Source: Rotaria socialis
Lineage: Eukaryota
Length of the DNA stretch: 42,128 nt
Direction of reading: 5' to 3'
NCBI GenBank assembly: GCA_905331295.1
Contig: CAJNYD010000550.1
Coordinates: 174,606-216,733, forward strand
The position numbers were made by a program, and so were the translations under genes. Of this stretch, positions 24,685 to 36,371 are shown piece after piece. The notes under the pieces are model-generated. The model ran no database searches. It worked only from the letters and a program-made list of their open reading frames with translations, and was not told where the DNA came from. Numbering within the stretch: the stretch's first letter is position 1; the number at the start of each line of letters is the position of its first letter.

Positions 24685-25717
24685 GGCACTAGTACATAAC
24701 GTCGCACGACACTTCGTCGCAGAAAAATTCTTTTCCTTCTGTTCGTCCCTATCTATTTGTCTCTTCTCTCTTAATGAATTATGTTTTTTGTGCATAACCA
24801 ATGGAAATAATATAAAATAAATAAAAAATTACAAGAGATGTGTATAATAGTGATAGATAATTAATTGTGTTATGACATATAATTTTAATTCGGTAAAAGG
24901 ATCAATAAAAAATATTATTCACATTTAATTGTGATATTGCTAAAGCTAAGGAAAACTAATTAAATTTGTCGCCCACTTCAAGAATTTCAGCGTAATCTAA
25001 ACTAAAAAAACACTGCTCCGACATTCTTAACTATGGGAACAAGTCAAATAAAAAAATACATTTCACTTCTAAATTTTAACTTTCACTGCGCACTACCTTT
25101 CAAGCAAAATTTCTCAAATAGAAAACTGTTTCCTATGAAAGAAAAAGGAATGATACTCTAGGAAGGTTACATCTATACTGAAAAACGTACAATACCGACG
25201 AAATTTATTCTTCGATCTCAGAATCAGGATTGTAAAACTAAGATCTTTTTGAACGTCAATCAATTAATTGAAATAAAAATCATTTATCAATGAAACGCGT
25301 TGTTATGCCAATTTATCCTCATTTCTCTCACCACCAATATCACACTCACATGATCCGAAACCCGATCGTTTTCCTATTATCTAATTGAAAATTGACATTA
25401 AAATTCGACTGGTGAACTCCCTCGACTCATCTCAACTAGATCAATTCTTAAAAAACTTAGCAGCCAGCATAACTCTTTAGATCATTTTTTTCTTCAGTTT
25501 TGTTTTTTTGTTTATATTATTTTTTTTTCTCAATCTATTCCTCATGAAGTTGTGCGTTTAGTACGCACAAAATACACAGAAAAGAACTGATAAGTTTTCC
25601 ATTGGTTTTACACAAAAGAATAATTCATTAAGAGAGAAGAGACAAATAGATAGGGACGAACAGAACGAAAAGAAATTTTCAGCGACGAAGCGTCGTGCGA
25701 CGATATGTGCGGTCACC
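24685..25717. mobile_element. MULE-like non-autonomous element with about 120-bp TIRs
   Basis: 24699-24807 (CGTCGCACGACACTTCGTCGCAGAAAAATTCTTTTCCTTCTGTTCGTCCCTATCTATTTGTCTCTTCTCTCTTAATGAATTA...CCAATGGAAA) is a near-exact reverse complement of 25596-25702. GG...CC termini. No TSD found. Confidence 0.85.
25135..25408 (+). pseudogene. Decayed FLYWCH-type zinc-finger fragment (likely N-terminus of a MULE transposase)
   Basis: Reads MKEKGMIL*EGYIYTEKRTIPTKFILRSQNQDCK, then after an intron-sized gap TRCYANLSSFLSPPISHSHDPKPDRFPII*LKIDIKIR. The GYxY...R(C)xxxxC...HxH spacing fits FLYWCH. Two in-frame stops. Confidence 0.62.
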
Positions 25718-28052
25718 CATCGTAATAGTCTGGTATATGCCAACATTCTTCTAATTTTGACGTACTTTCGCTTTTGGCCGGTTATCCGGAGTATTTTTCT
25801 TCTCATTTTGATAAAATCTAGACAGTAATACGAATACTATTTTCGTTCGAATTTAGCCTCATGAGTTCATGCTGATTTGTAAATAAAAACTTCTTCTGAC
25901 CGTGGCGTGTTATCCAGTGAAGCTAATCTGTGTGCGGATTTACAATATAAATTGACTAAATATAATTCTAATTGTGACTATATATAATGCTGACTATGTA
26001 ACTTGCAATTTTGGTCATTTGTATATAGTAAGGAGTCCTTATCGGTTTAATGTAACATAAGAGAATAATAAATCAAACACTATCGCAGCCTAGAATGTTT
26101 TGTGATATTTATTCAATGTAGTTTTCATTTAGAAATTCTTTCGAATTACTGAAATGTTGTTTTCACAAGTAATATGTTCAACATTTTAGATTCATCATCA
26201 CCTGGATCATTGTCAGATTGACTGATTCACTTCACATTTTTTTCTCAGAATCGCTCATAATGGTATGGATGCCCACATCCTCAAGATAGGGATTTTATGT
26301 AGAAGACTCTATGACAAGACGAATTAGAACATTTTGTATATTTTAATTCGTTCTATTAGATTCCTTCTTGCTGTTAGATACCAATGGGAATTTCGTGGCA
26401 TGAATAGTATTTTAAGTATTGAAAAAGTCTGTTGCGGAATCTAAAACATGACTCAAGGCAACCATATTCCAATCTTCTAGGCAGAATGTAGACCGAAAAT
26501 CTTGGTTAGACATGTTTTGTAGTGAAATGTTGAGTTTCCAATATATTTATTATTCATGCTCGTAGCTTCGCAAAAACGATACTTTTTAATTAAACACACT
26601 TTTATCGAAAGTATTGTATAGTTATTTAAATGCTCGCATATGGTTGTTTCCGGCTGATATCGCTAGAAAAAACACTGACGACATTTTGAAATTATTTAAA
26701 TACTTGACGCAGAGAAAAGAAGATTTCGTTGTAGATCTAAATGACTATTTTAAATCTGTATATTTCTTTTTTTTTAATACTGCCCAACCATCTTGAACAT
26801 GATAATTTTCTTAAAATATCGAAGTTTGAATTTACAAAGCGATGAAGATTAGGAGACCACATGCTTCTATAAAACATGGTTCATACGCACATTACATCTG
26901 GTTTTGCATTTCCTACTTCAATTGTATCAGTAATGTTAAATTAACAAATAGAAATTACATGACTAGCGATTAACAACAAACTGTCAATATTCCTTAATAG
27001 TCAAACAATTTAAAATAACTATGGCATTATAAATAGTTATGCAGCTGCCTATATTGATTAGCTTTTAGAGAAACAACACGTAGGTGTAAAATATAAAACA
27101 TTGTTTGATACAGTTTTTGATTCGTATGATTATTCTATAGAAGTGAAAAGTAATATCAGCAGACGCGCTGAGTTTTTTTGTGCTAAATCGAATCGTTTAC
27201 AGCTACGTCATCGAATATGATTTGATCATTTATTTAATAATTCAATAGATTATGCTACATAATGGCAGATGGATGATAACGGCTTTCTATGATTGAAAAA
27301 AAGAAGTTCATTTTAAAAAAATGTGTGCTTTCCTATTCAGAATGAGTTTTTGTTACTAATTTAATAGTATAAGACAGGTCGACGAATAAAGAGTTACAGT
27401 TTTTGTAGGTTTGAATGTTTCAATCTGGTTTTTGTTATTAGCATAAAACTAGGAATATTCTTCGTTTATAATCACAACAATCAGATATTGTACGTCTGAG
27501 TATTATATCAATTACAAAGAAAAAACTCATCATACAAGTGTGGCCTTGATATGTATCAAACTGCTACACGTTTACTTGCAGCAATGACGAAGAAGCACAA
27601 TTCAAGGATACCAAAAGTTATTTCGGTAATTCCTTTTTATAATTTCACAAGTGCTCTTATAATACCCTGATCGCTTTTCTCAATCTAGAAATTATTCATA
27701 ATTGATTTCAAACTTTTCCTAAGGATCATTACATTAATTTAATGAAAAATACAAAACAAGCAGTTGTTTTCAATGATTCTGAATAGGTCATCAAATAAAT
27801 ACCTCCGTATACTTTTGTTGTATGGCATTTAAACAGCAAAAAAGTAATCTACTCGATGACATTTATTTCCATTTATGCTACTCCGTAATCTATTGACATG
27901 CATATCCAACAGTTTAGACCTCGAGATTATAGTTCTCTGAGGACAACTAACAATTGCAGGGATAAACAAGTTTGTTCATGTGTTGTCATTAATGCTTTTA
28001 ATAAAGTCAATAATTCTTCATAAAGAAGACAAATGTTCATTTTAATAAAATA

Positions 28053-31000
28053 ATGCTGTCAATGAGATGCTTATTCGATTTGATTATTCTACACATGATT
28101 TTTGCCACTCCCCAAATAAATCTACATTATACGATCAATAAGAATGAAAGTTACAGTGAATTACAACATGATTGTCTTCGTGCTACGACTTCAGCTGGAG
28201 AAGCTACTATTACTCATCAAATAATATCCTTTTGTATGAGTGATTTGCCATCGATATTTCCTATTGAGACGAATAATCGATTTCCAAAGTTTACTTTTGC
28301 GGAATTATCAAAACTGAATATAACAAGTCAACAATTATATCGTTGGTCAGCACCGATCGATATTATTGAAGATTACCAATATTATTTAAATCAATTATCA
28401 ACATCAAATGATCTGTCACAAGAAGTCTTTTACAATTGTACTTTACCAAGGTTTGGTTCAATGTGTCAATACGAAATCGATTATTACGATGAAAACTACT
28501 CATCGTTATCTGCAATGATTCATGATTATTATCATACCTATGCATATGATCCAACTAGTTTGACTTGTTACACTCATTTACAATGCAATCGTGGTCCTTT
28601 TCCAGCATGTTTAGATTGGACTGAGATTTGTAATGGATATAGAGATTGCATAGATAGTGAAGTTGATGAAGAATATTGTTGGCAACTTGAATACAATGAA
28701 TGCAAAGACAATGAATATCAATGTACAAATGGACAGTGCATTCCAGCATCGTTTTTTCAAGATGATATTGACACTCCTGATTGCCTTGATGGGTCTGACG
28801 AAGTGTCAAGTCGTACTTACAGAAAAGGCCGTTGTGTCAAGGATGTACCATTATTTGAATGTGAAGACATGTCATGTGAAGGAACATTCTTGACAACTTC
28901 TTGTGTAGAAGGACGCGCCAATTTGTTACTGGCCGCTATATTTTCGACGAGAGATGATTCAATATCAAAACAATGTTGGTCAACTCTTAAATGCATGATG
29001 GAAATACCCCATCCGGAAAGTCAGTTTTGTGATAAAAGTTGTTACATGTTTTCTTGCGGAGAGATCATTAATGACAGTTGTCCAGATATGCTTTACATTC
29101 CAAATAGTCCACTCTTTTTTGGTGATATGTTTGTTGCTCTTACTAAAAATGATTTATTAGCTTTGGCCGGCGGATTTCTTTCAACACTTGCCATATGCTA
29201 TAATAATTCACGTTATGATGAGTATTTTATCGATGATCCAAAGATATTATTCAATAATACAACGTGCTATTATCCCAAAATGCTATCGTTCCAATATGGA
29301 CTCTCAACTACATGGGGGTTCAAATTTCACAACCCTTTACATCAATTTTTTATCTTACTTAGAAAATACAATGTTGGCAGCAGCGATATTTCTGCCATTT
29401 GTAATAGATCAACTATGTATCAATGTAATAATTCGCCCAGGTGTATATCAGTGACTGGTGTTTTGGACGGACTGTTTGATTGTCCAGAGAATGATGACGA
29501 AGATATAATCCAACTCTACGGCAAGAATTTAACAGATAAATTGAGGCATCATTTTAAATGTGACGTCGCCAACACATATATTCATCAATCTCTAGTTGAT
29601 AATGGAGAATGTGATTGTGCACTGGATGATTATTACTGGTGTGAAGATGAAGGTATCGATATTCAACATGTTAGAAAGAATATATCATTTCAAACAACGT
29701 GTGATGGATTTACTGAATTAATACCAGTGAATATCAACGAACGATATGAAACCGATGAAACCGAATGTGAACAGTGGCTCTGTATTAATATCTATACTCG
29801 TTGCGATGGTATCTGGAATTGTCCTAAAGGTGAAGATGAAATTGGCTGCAATGTATCGCCAATACTGAATTGCTCTTCGGATCATCACATGTGTGTGTCA
29901 CCTGTGACCAACCAATTGTCATGTCTACCTATTGGCAAAGCTCACGATGGTAATGTCGACTGCCTTGGTGGTACTGACGAACCGTTATTATGTCCAGCGA
30001 ACTACGAAGCTAATTTTGAATTCAATTTTTACTGCAGCAGCGACACATATATGATATGTGCAAGCGATGAAGAGTTATGCAATGGGGAGTATAACTGTGC
30101 ACATGGAAATGATGAACAATTCTGTGTAACAAATGTATCCTCCAATAGCATTTGCTATTCGCCAGCTTTATCGCTTGGTTCTGATGTCGAGAAATTTTTA
30201 TGTCACGAAACAAAACAAAAGAGAAAACAACAAATGAAATTCTTTTTTCTCAATGAAATGAACACAACAGTGGACGAGCCAATGAAAAATATGGTCAATT
30301 TGGTGACTTCGACTTCATCTATTTTTAAAATGTCTTATAATCATGAATCTCGTTGTCATCGTGGTTTTAATTTACGTGTTTGGTTAAATGACGAAAAGAA
30401 TCTCACAAACAATACCTGTCTTTGTCCACCAAGTTTCTATGGTGAAATATGCCAATATCAAAACCAACGAGTAAGTATGACAATTCAATTTCGAGCATTA
30501 GCTGATTCGTGGTCAACATTATTCGCAATAGTTATCTCATTAATTGATGATAGCGAAGAAAGAATTGTTCATTCATATGAACAATTAAATTATTTATCGT
30601 CGAGAGATTGTAAAATCAAATTTAATATTTATTTACTTTACTCAACACGACCGAAAAATTCAACACGAAATTATACAATAAATATTGATATTTATGAAAA
30701 GGTTTCCTTGAAGTATCGTGGAAGTTTCTTTTATCGAATATTATTTCCATTTTTACCAGTTTATCGTCAAGCATTGATACTCGATATTCCACGAAATGAT
30801 GAAAATATTCAAATTTGTTCAAATCTTCAATGTAGTCATGGCCGGTGTATTGCATATTCAAATGCACTTGATGATGACAATTTTTGTCAATGTGATCAAG
30901 GATGGTCTGGAAAATATTGTCAAACATTTCATCAGAATATGTGTTCATCGGATTCAAAACATGTTGGTGTTACTGCCAATAATCGGTCTGTATGCGTTTG

Positions 31001-32780
31001 TCCTATTGATAAATTTGGCTCTCGGTGTCTCTTGGTCAACGCAGTGTGTCAAATGAATAATAATTTAACATGTTATAATGGTGGTCAATGCATTCCAAGT
31101 GATAAATATACGCTATCAAGTCAATCGTTTCATTGTGTTTGTCGAAAAGGTTATACTGGAGACCGATGTGAAAGAAATGATACTAAAATCGAATTTTCAT
31201 TTGCAAAAGGCATTGCTTTATCTCAATCGATATTTATTCATTTCATAAGAATAATCAATAATGCAACACCAATAAGAACGACAACTTTAAGAACTATTCC
31301 ACTAAAACAAGATTCCATCACGATTTATTGGTCACAACAGTTTCACCTGGTGTTTGTTGAGCTCTTAAATAAAATTTATTATTTAGCTGTTATTCAAAAG
31401 TCTTACAATGCAGCAACAACAATAGTTAGAAAAATAAATCCAGTCGATCGTTGTCAACATATAAATGAGCTATTTAATGAAACTTTTGTTGAAATGCACA
31501 TTGTTCGTCGCATGAAATATTATCATTTGCCATGTCAAATCTATCCGTCGAATCTTTCATGTTTTTATGATAACACTCAGATTTGTCTATGTTATAGTTT
31601 CGAACAACAACATTTGGCGAATTGTTTTCAATTCAATCATAATATGACATTTGATTGCTCAGGTCAAAGTGTTTGCGAAAATGATGGTCAATGTTTTCAA
31701 GATACACCTGATTGCCCGAAAAGAGCAATTTGCATTTGTCCATTATGTTATTACGGGGCACGGTGTCAATTTCGTACGAGTGGATTTGGTTTATCACTTG
31801 ATGCTATTCTTGGTTATCATATTTTACCACATATTAGCTTAACAAATCAACCAACTATTGTTAAAATTAGCATTGCAGTAACTGTAATTTTTCTCTTGGC
31901 TGGATTGATCAATGGTGTTTTGTGTTTGATAACATTCAAAGATAAAACTATATGTGAAGTTGGCTGCGGTTTATATTTATTAGGCTCATCAATAACATCT
32001 TTATCTACCATGACTGTGTTTGCATTGAAATATTGGATACTTCTTGTGGCACAAATGACATTTATATTCAATCGATTGTTTTTACAAATTCAATGTATAT
32101 CTCTGGATTTTCTTTTACAAGTTTGTCTTGATATGGATCAATGGATGAATGCATGTGTTGCTGTTGAACGAGCAGTAACTATGATAAAAGCTGCTCGATT
32201 TCAAAGAAAAAAAAGTAAAAAAATGGCTAAATTAGTTATTGGCAGTCTTTTAATTTTTGTAATTGGTACGTCTGTGTATGATCCATTGTATCGACGAATC
32301 GTTGAGGAAGATAATGAAGATGAAAAACGAATATGGTGTATTGCGACTTATCCAGCTCGTTTGCAAATATTCCATTCTTTTATAAATACATTTCATTTTA
32401 TTGTTCCATTTGTGATCAACTTAATATCAGCCGTAATTCTCATAACGAAAAGATCACGACAACAAATATATACTCAGCATCAACGACCTTACAAAGAACT
32501 GTTACGCGAACAAATTCGACAACATAAACATTTATTTACGGCTCCTGTTGTATTTTTCATTCTCGGTTTACCTCGTTTGATTATTTCGTTTATATCAAAA
32601 TGTATGAGATCAACAAATGATGCTTGGCTATTTCTTATTGCATATTTTATTCCATTGGTTCCACCTATGCTTACGTATGCTGTATTCGTACTGCCATCGA
32701 AATTTTACAGAAAACAATGTCATAAAGCCCTCAACGCTTATAGAACTAAAATACAACGAATTTTACAATTTACAAAATAA
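28053..32780 (+). CDS. Intronless 1575-aa receptor: signal peptide, about 8 LDLa-like repeats, about 5-6 EGF-like repeats and a C-terminal rhodopsin-type 7TM domain
   Basis: Single uninterrupted ORF. LDLa motifs CKDNEYQCTNGQCI..DCLDGSDE, CDGIWNCPKGEDE, DGNVDCLGGTDE and CNGEYNCAHGNDE. EGF motifs CQCDQGWSGKYC, CYNGGQC..CVCRKGYTGDRCE and CICPLCYYGARCQ. TM1 GLIN, TM3 CVAVERA (DRY-like), TM5 HFIVPF, TM6 LGLPRL. Confidence 0.92.
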   Translation: MLSMRCLFDLIILHMIFATPQINLHYTINKNESYSELQHDCLRATTSAGEATITHQIISFCMSDLPSIFPIETNNRFPKFTFAELSKLNITSQQLYRWSAPIDIIEDYQYYLNQLSTSNDLSQEVFYNCTLPRFGSMCQYEIDYYDENYSSLSAMIHDYYHTYAYDPTSLTCYTHLQCNRGPFPACLDWTEICNGYRDCIDSEVDEEYCWQLEYNECKDNEYQCTNGQCIPASFFQDDIDTPDCLDGSDEVSSRTYRKGRCVKDVPLFECEDMSCEGTFLTTSCVEGRANLLLAAIFSTRDDSISKQCWSTLKCMMEIPHPESQFCDKSCYMFSCGEIINDSCPDMLYIPNSPLFFGDMFVALTKNDLLALAGGFLSTLAICYNNSRYDEYFIDDPKILFNNTTCYYPKMLSFQYGLSTTWGFKFHNPLHQFFILLRKYNVGSSDISAICNRSTMYQCNNSPRCISVTGVLDGLFDCPENDDEDIIQLYGKNLTDKLRHHFKCDVANTYIHQSLVDNGECDCALDDYYWCEDEGIDIQHVRKNISFQTTCDGFTELIPVNINERYETDETECEQWLCINIYTRCDGIWNCPKGEDEIGCNVSPILNCSSDHHMCVSPVTNQLSCLPIGKAHDGNVDCLGGTDEPLLCPANYEANFEFNFYCSSDTYMICASDEELCNGEYNCAHGNDEQFCVTNVSSNSICYSPALSLGSDVEKFLCHETKQKRKQQMKFFFLNEMNTTVDEPMKNMVNLVTSTSSIFKMSYNHESRCHRGFNLRVWLNDEKNLTNNTCLCPPSFYGEICQYQNQRVSMTIQFRALADSWSTLFAIVISLIDDSEERIVHSYEQLNYLSSRDCKIKFNIYLLYSTRPKNSTRNYTINIDIYEKVSLKYRGSFFYRILFPFLPVYRQALILDIPRNDENIQICSNLQCSHGRCIAYSNALDDDNFCQCDQGWSGKYCQTFHQNMCSSDSKHVGVTANNRSVCVCPIDKFGSRCLLVNAVCQMNNNLTCYNGGQCIPSDKYTLSSQSFHCVCRKGYTGDRCERNDTKIEFSFAKGIALSQSIFIHFIRIINNATPIRTTTLRTIPLKQDSITIYWSQQFHLVFVELLNKIYYLAVIQKSYNAATTIVRKINPVDRCQHINELFNETFVEMHIVRRMKYYHLPCQIYPSNLSCFYDNTQICLCYSFEQQHLANCFQFNHNMTFDCSGQSVCENDGQCFQDTPDCPKRAICICPLCYYGARCQFRTSGFGLSLDAILGYHILPHISLTNQPTIVKISIAVTVIFLLAGLINGVLCLITFKDKTICEVGCGLYLLGSSITSLSTMTVFALKYWILLVAQMTFIFNRLFLQIQCISLDFLLQVCLDMDQWMNACVAVERAVTMIKAARFQRKKSKKMAKLVIGSLLIFVIGTSVYDPLYRRIVEEDNEDEKRIWCIATYPARLQIFHSFINTFHFIVPFVINLISAVILITKRSRQQIYTQHQRPYKELLREQIRQHKHLFTAPVVFFILGLPRLIISFISKCMRSTNDAWLFLIAYFIPLVPPMLTYAVFVLPSKFYRKQCHKALNAYRTKIQRILQFTK

Positions 32781-33881
32781 AAGTAAGGAAAACGATTTTA
32801 TTGATTCTTCTTTCTTGAAATTGTTGCATGTTATCGCTGCTAGAGGAAAGTAAATTCGCGATAGTTTGAGCAGTAGAATAATTGAAAATCAGCTTTCAAG
32901 TTAGACACTTGTGTCGTGTGAGAAATGAAGATAATTTCTTTTTTTTAGATCACTCATTTGTCGATCGCACGAAAATCTCTACAAGAATATACTGTTTTAT
33001 GTTACGTTTATGTTGTTGCTTTACTTTTGCTGAATAATTATCTATCGCTGACAACCAATTTTAACGAATCGGAAGTCGGAGATCGTTTACTAAAGATATT
33101 TTTTCAAAGTTTACATTGCAATGTGGCATTGATGTTCATGTAATGAATGTTTTCGTTTGCTTCTTGTAAATCTATTTAAACTAAATAAATGACACCAAAA
33201 TACCAATCATCTTCTCTTGTTTATGTAACTCAACAGTAAATGATGAATTTGAACAATTTACTCGAGATTACTCTGTTATGAGAGGTGAAACCTATGTGGG
33301 TGTTTTGAGGTTGGGGTGCTACTGAATTTTCTTCACACCGACATCGTTATGCTGACTTTTGAAAACAGAGCGGTAGCTTCGTTGTAACAAGAGATTTATA
33401 TTTGTTAATAACTCTTCAAGCTAAGTCGAACCAAATGATAAATCAAATCTTCTCTAATCTTATCATATGCACGCATTATCTGACTATAAAAGTTCACGCA
33501 AAACATACAAGTCACACGACCTTGCCGTCGCTAACCCTCTACTGAAAGGACATTACCATGTAAAACGTAAAAACCAAAAAACGTCTAGGTGAGATACTTC
33601 TCGAACTTATAGCTTCACAATGATTCTCACGAAAACAACGAGTGATAATAAAGCTTAAATTGAAAACCTGCTTACAAGTGCTACCAAGCAATCTTCGTTT
33701 AAATACTATTTCTTTTTATACTAAATGACTAGAGTGACGTTAGGTGCGTCCCAACTGATGAACGACGAAGTACGTTCAATAAACTCGAGATAAAAAACAA
33801 AGTAAACTAGGAGAGATATAATCGAAATACGCCATTTTAGTAAAGATTTAGCTCGAAATACTCTAAACACTATGCACACTT

Positions 33882-34219
33882 CCCAGATCGAATAATCCGA
33901 CAACGAATTCTATCGGATTCTATAACATCCGTCTAATCGAGGAAATTCAATTGGATTCTGGGTTTCGGAATTATTGACGGATCCGACGGGAGAATTTTAA
34001 AAAACTATCAAAATTCCATTTAGCGCAAAAAAGCTTTTTAGAGGTTGACTATAGCAAACTTTTTTGGCGTATCGGATCCCAGAGTAGGATACAATCGAAT
34101 ATGTATCGGATTCCGATCTTATGGATCCGAATCTCGGTCCGAAACCCGGAATCCGTCGATTCTAGTGGATTTTCATACTAGATCCGATTGGATCCAGTTG
34201 TAGAAATGAACGACCTGGG
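33882..34219. mobile_element. CACTA/EnSpm-like MITE (338 bp) with CCCAG termini and 2-bp TSD (TT)
   Basis: Left CCCAGATCG and right CGACCTGGG (one mismatch). TT flanks both sides. Many ATCCGA/TCGGAT motifs. Confidence 0.8.
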
Positions 34220-34558
34220 TTAGAATGAATGTACATTCATAGATTTCATAATGAAGCGAACCGTCTGTCTCTACTTCGAGTTTGACTCGGTGCACCTGAA
34301 TTTCTGCTAAAACCCGCGTTAGATCATTTCAATTCGCTTCATTCTCGGTCACCAATGCAAATATATATGCATACGACTGCATGTATGTTCAAAGATAAAG
34401 AGCCCTAACACCTCCTTGATTTATTTGAATCGCATTATCGCTCCAAGAAGAAACTAAACATTAAAATATTTTCGATAAATATATATTTCAGATACTTCAC
34501 ATCAGTTAGACAAAGTTGTAAAAGTGTGCAGTCTTAATTAGAATAGCGTCTGGCACTC

Positions 34559-35722
34559 AGCGACTAGTCGTTCATCGGCACCCCTTCGGGATGCCACTCA
34601 CGGCTAGCCGTTTTCACAATTAGCTTGCTTCGTCTTTAGAATCAAATTGTTCGATTACAACGTTGCATGATTCAAGCTTCACTTAGTTACGAATTTGTTA
34701 GATAAAAACCAGATGAGTTTTCAAAACGATGCCCATCAACAGCTATGGGGTCACGTGATTTTGTATTCATTTGCTCATTGGATAAACTCCTTTCAATTTC
34801 AGCAGAACATTACAAGGTTTCCAATTAATTATACAATGTGTTCGTAACTGTACGTGCACTTGAATAGAATTCTCGCTGGTAACTCCAAACAAATTCTGAA
34901 CGCTTGCAAGACATTGCTGACATGCTTGATGTAAATTACAGATTTGCATGAACATATATTCTGTTTTAGAGTGCAATATGTCACGAAACCACTACTTGTT
35001 TTATGCTAAGTTTGTCTTAAGCAACAATCCAAACAGATGAGCGACTAGTCGTTCGTCGACACCCCTACGGGGCGCCACTCACGGCTAGCAGTTTCTACAG
35101 AAAATGCAATGCGTAAAACAGACCCTTATTATCAATTTGTTTTAAGAGCGTAAATATGCATACAATATATCTATCAGCATCGCCATCACCATCATCGCGT
35201 CGCGCACTTTTGAAACAGTGAATTACACAAAGTCACTAGCAGAAAATACCAACAGCTGAAATTCCACCATTCAACATATGCTACCTTTAACTAGAGAAAT
35301 CATTAACCAATAATTACACCCATCACATAAACCACTTATTTTCTCTCAGATCCATAATATTTCTCAGTTTAAACTGCTAATCATTTGCATATCCTTCTCA
35401 CAATTATGATTGCTTTCCAGACAACTTTCACTTCCTGACCACTTTGTTTCTATTCACAGCAACTCTTCTTTTCATACTGTCTGAAATATATCGGGGCAAT
35501 AATCTTTCTTTACTGAAAAACGATCCCTGTGAAAAACAGCTAAAACATAATGCCGGATTCGAGTTCCCCGACCCCGATCACATATAGTTTAAAACACTAG
35601 CAGATATTCTGAAGATTTTGAGAACTTCTTGTGTTTGCGTTTCTATTGGACGAACGAACATACATACATACAAACGTATGAATTTTGTTCGCTCAGCGTA
35701 TGACCCTCCTTTCAGTAGAGGG
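34559..35722. mobile_element. Helitron/Helentron-like non-autonomous sequence: duplicated CTAG-bounded GC hairpin, (CATA)n tract and distal stem-loop; boundaries approximate
   Basis: A 50-bp unit occurs at 34559-34608 and 35040-35089 (45/50 identical), with an inferred consensus hairpin GGCACCCC-TAC-GGGGTGCC next to CTAG. CATACATACATACA lies near 35660, and stem CCCTC..GAGGG at 35704-35722. Confidence 0.55.
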
Positions 35723-36371
35723 AACATGGCTGTTAGATTGTGATCACTGACGATGTAATCAATTGACTAGCATCGATAACACTCTTATGTATTCATAAAA
35801 AGCCTTAGTTTTTATTTCAATTAAATCGCTTTGAAATTATTTATTGCCTGTTTGCATATTATTCTAATATGAAGCAGCTCATATGACTATAATGAGATAG
35901 AGTTACTGATAGATTCAATTAATTGGAAATCTAAATGTTGGAAAATAAGAGAAAACATTTAAATTTTACTATTAATAACTTTTTTCTAATGTTTGCGAAC
36001 AGATGACGTTTATGTTCATGATTTCATAAAATATGATTTAAAATATTTTTTTTAATTGGAATTTTGTTTCGCTTTGTACGTCCATTAGCCTTTACTAAAT
36101 ATATGAACCATATGTTCTTACAGGTATATTTTTAATTCTGTTGTAGGTCAGCTTTGGTATTAAAAAATTGCTCAAAAACTCTCTTAAAAAATATAAAAAG
36201 ATATGATAGTAGTTATTTCAAACTGAGTTTTTCTGGAATTCATTCTAAAACAGTAACCGGTTTTATTCATCTGTTTGCTCTGCTTAAAAAAATACACCGC
36301 GAAAATTGAAATATTTATAAACGCGTTTGCATCGCAAAGTGAAGTTTTCCAAATATTGCTTCAGAGAGGGT

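Noticed and set aside
28363..32853. Short alternative-frame and antisense ORFs overlapping the receptor gene
   Set aside because: Shadow ORFs of the long CDS with no independent features.
34250..34343. 11-bp inverted repeat AATGAAGCGAA/TTCGCTTCATT
   Set aside because: Too short, with no TSD or second copy, to call an element.
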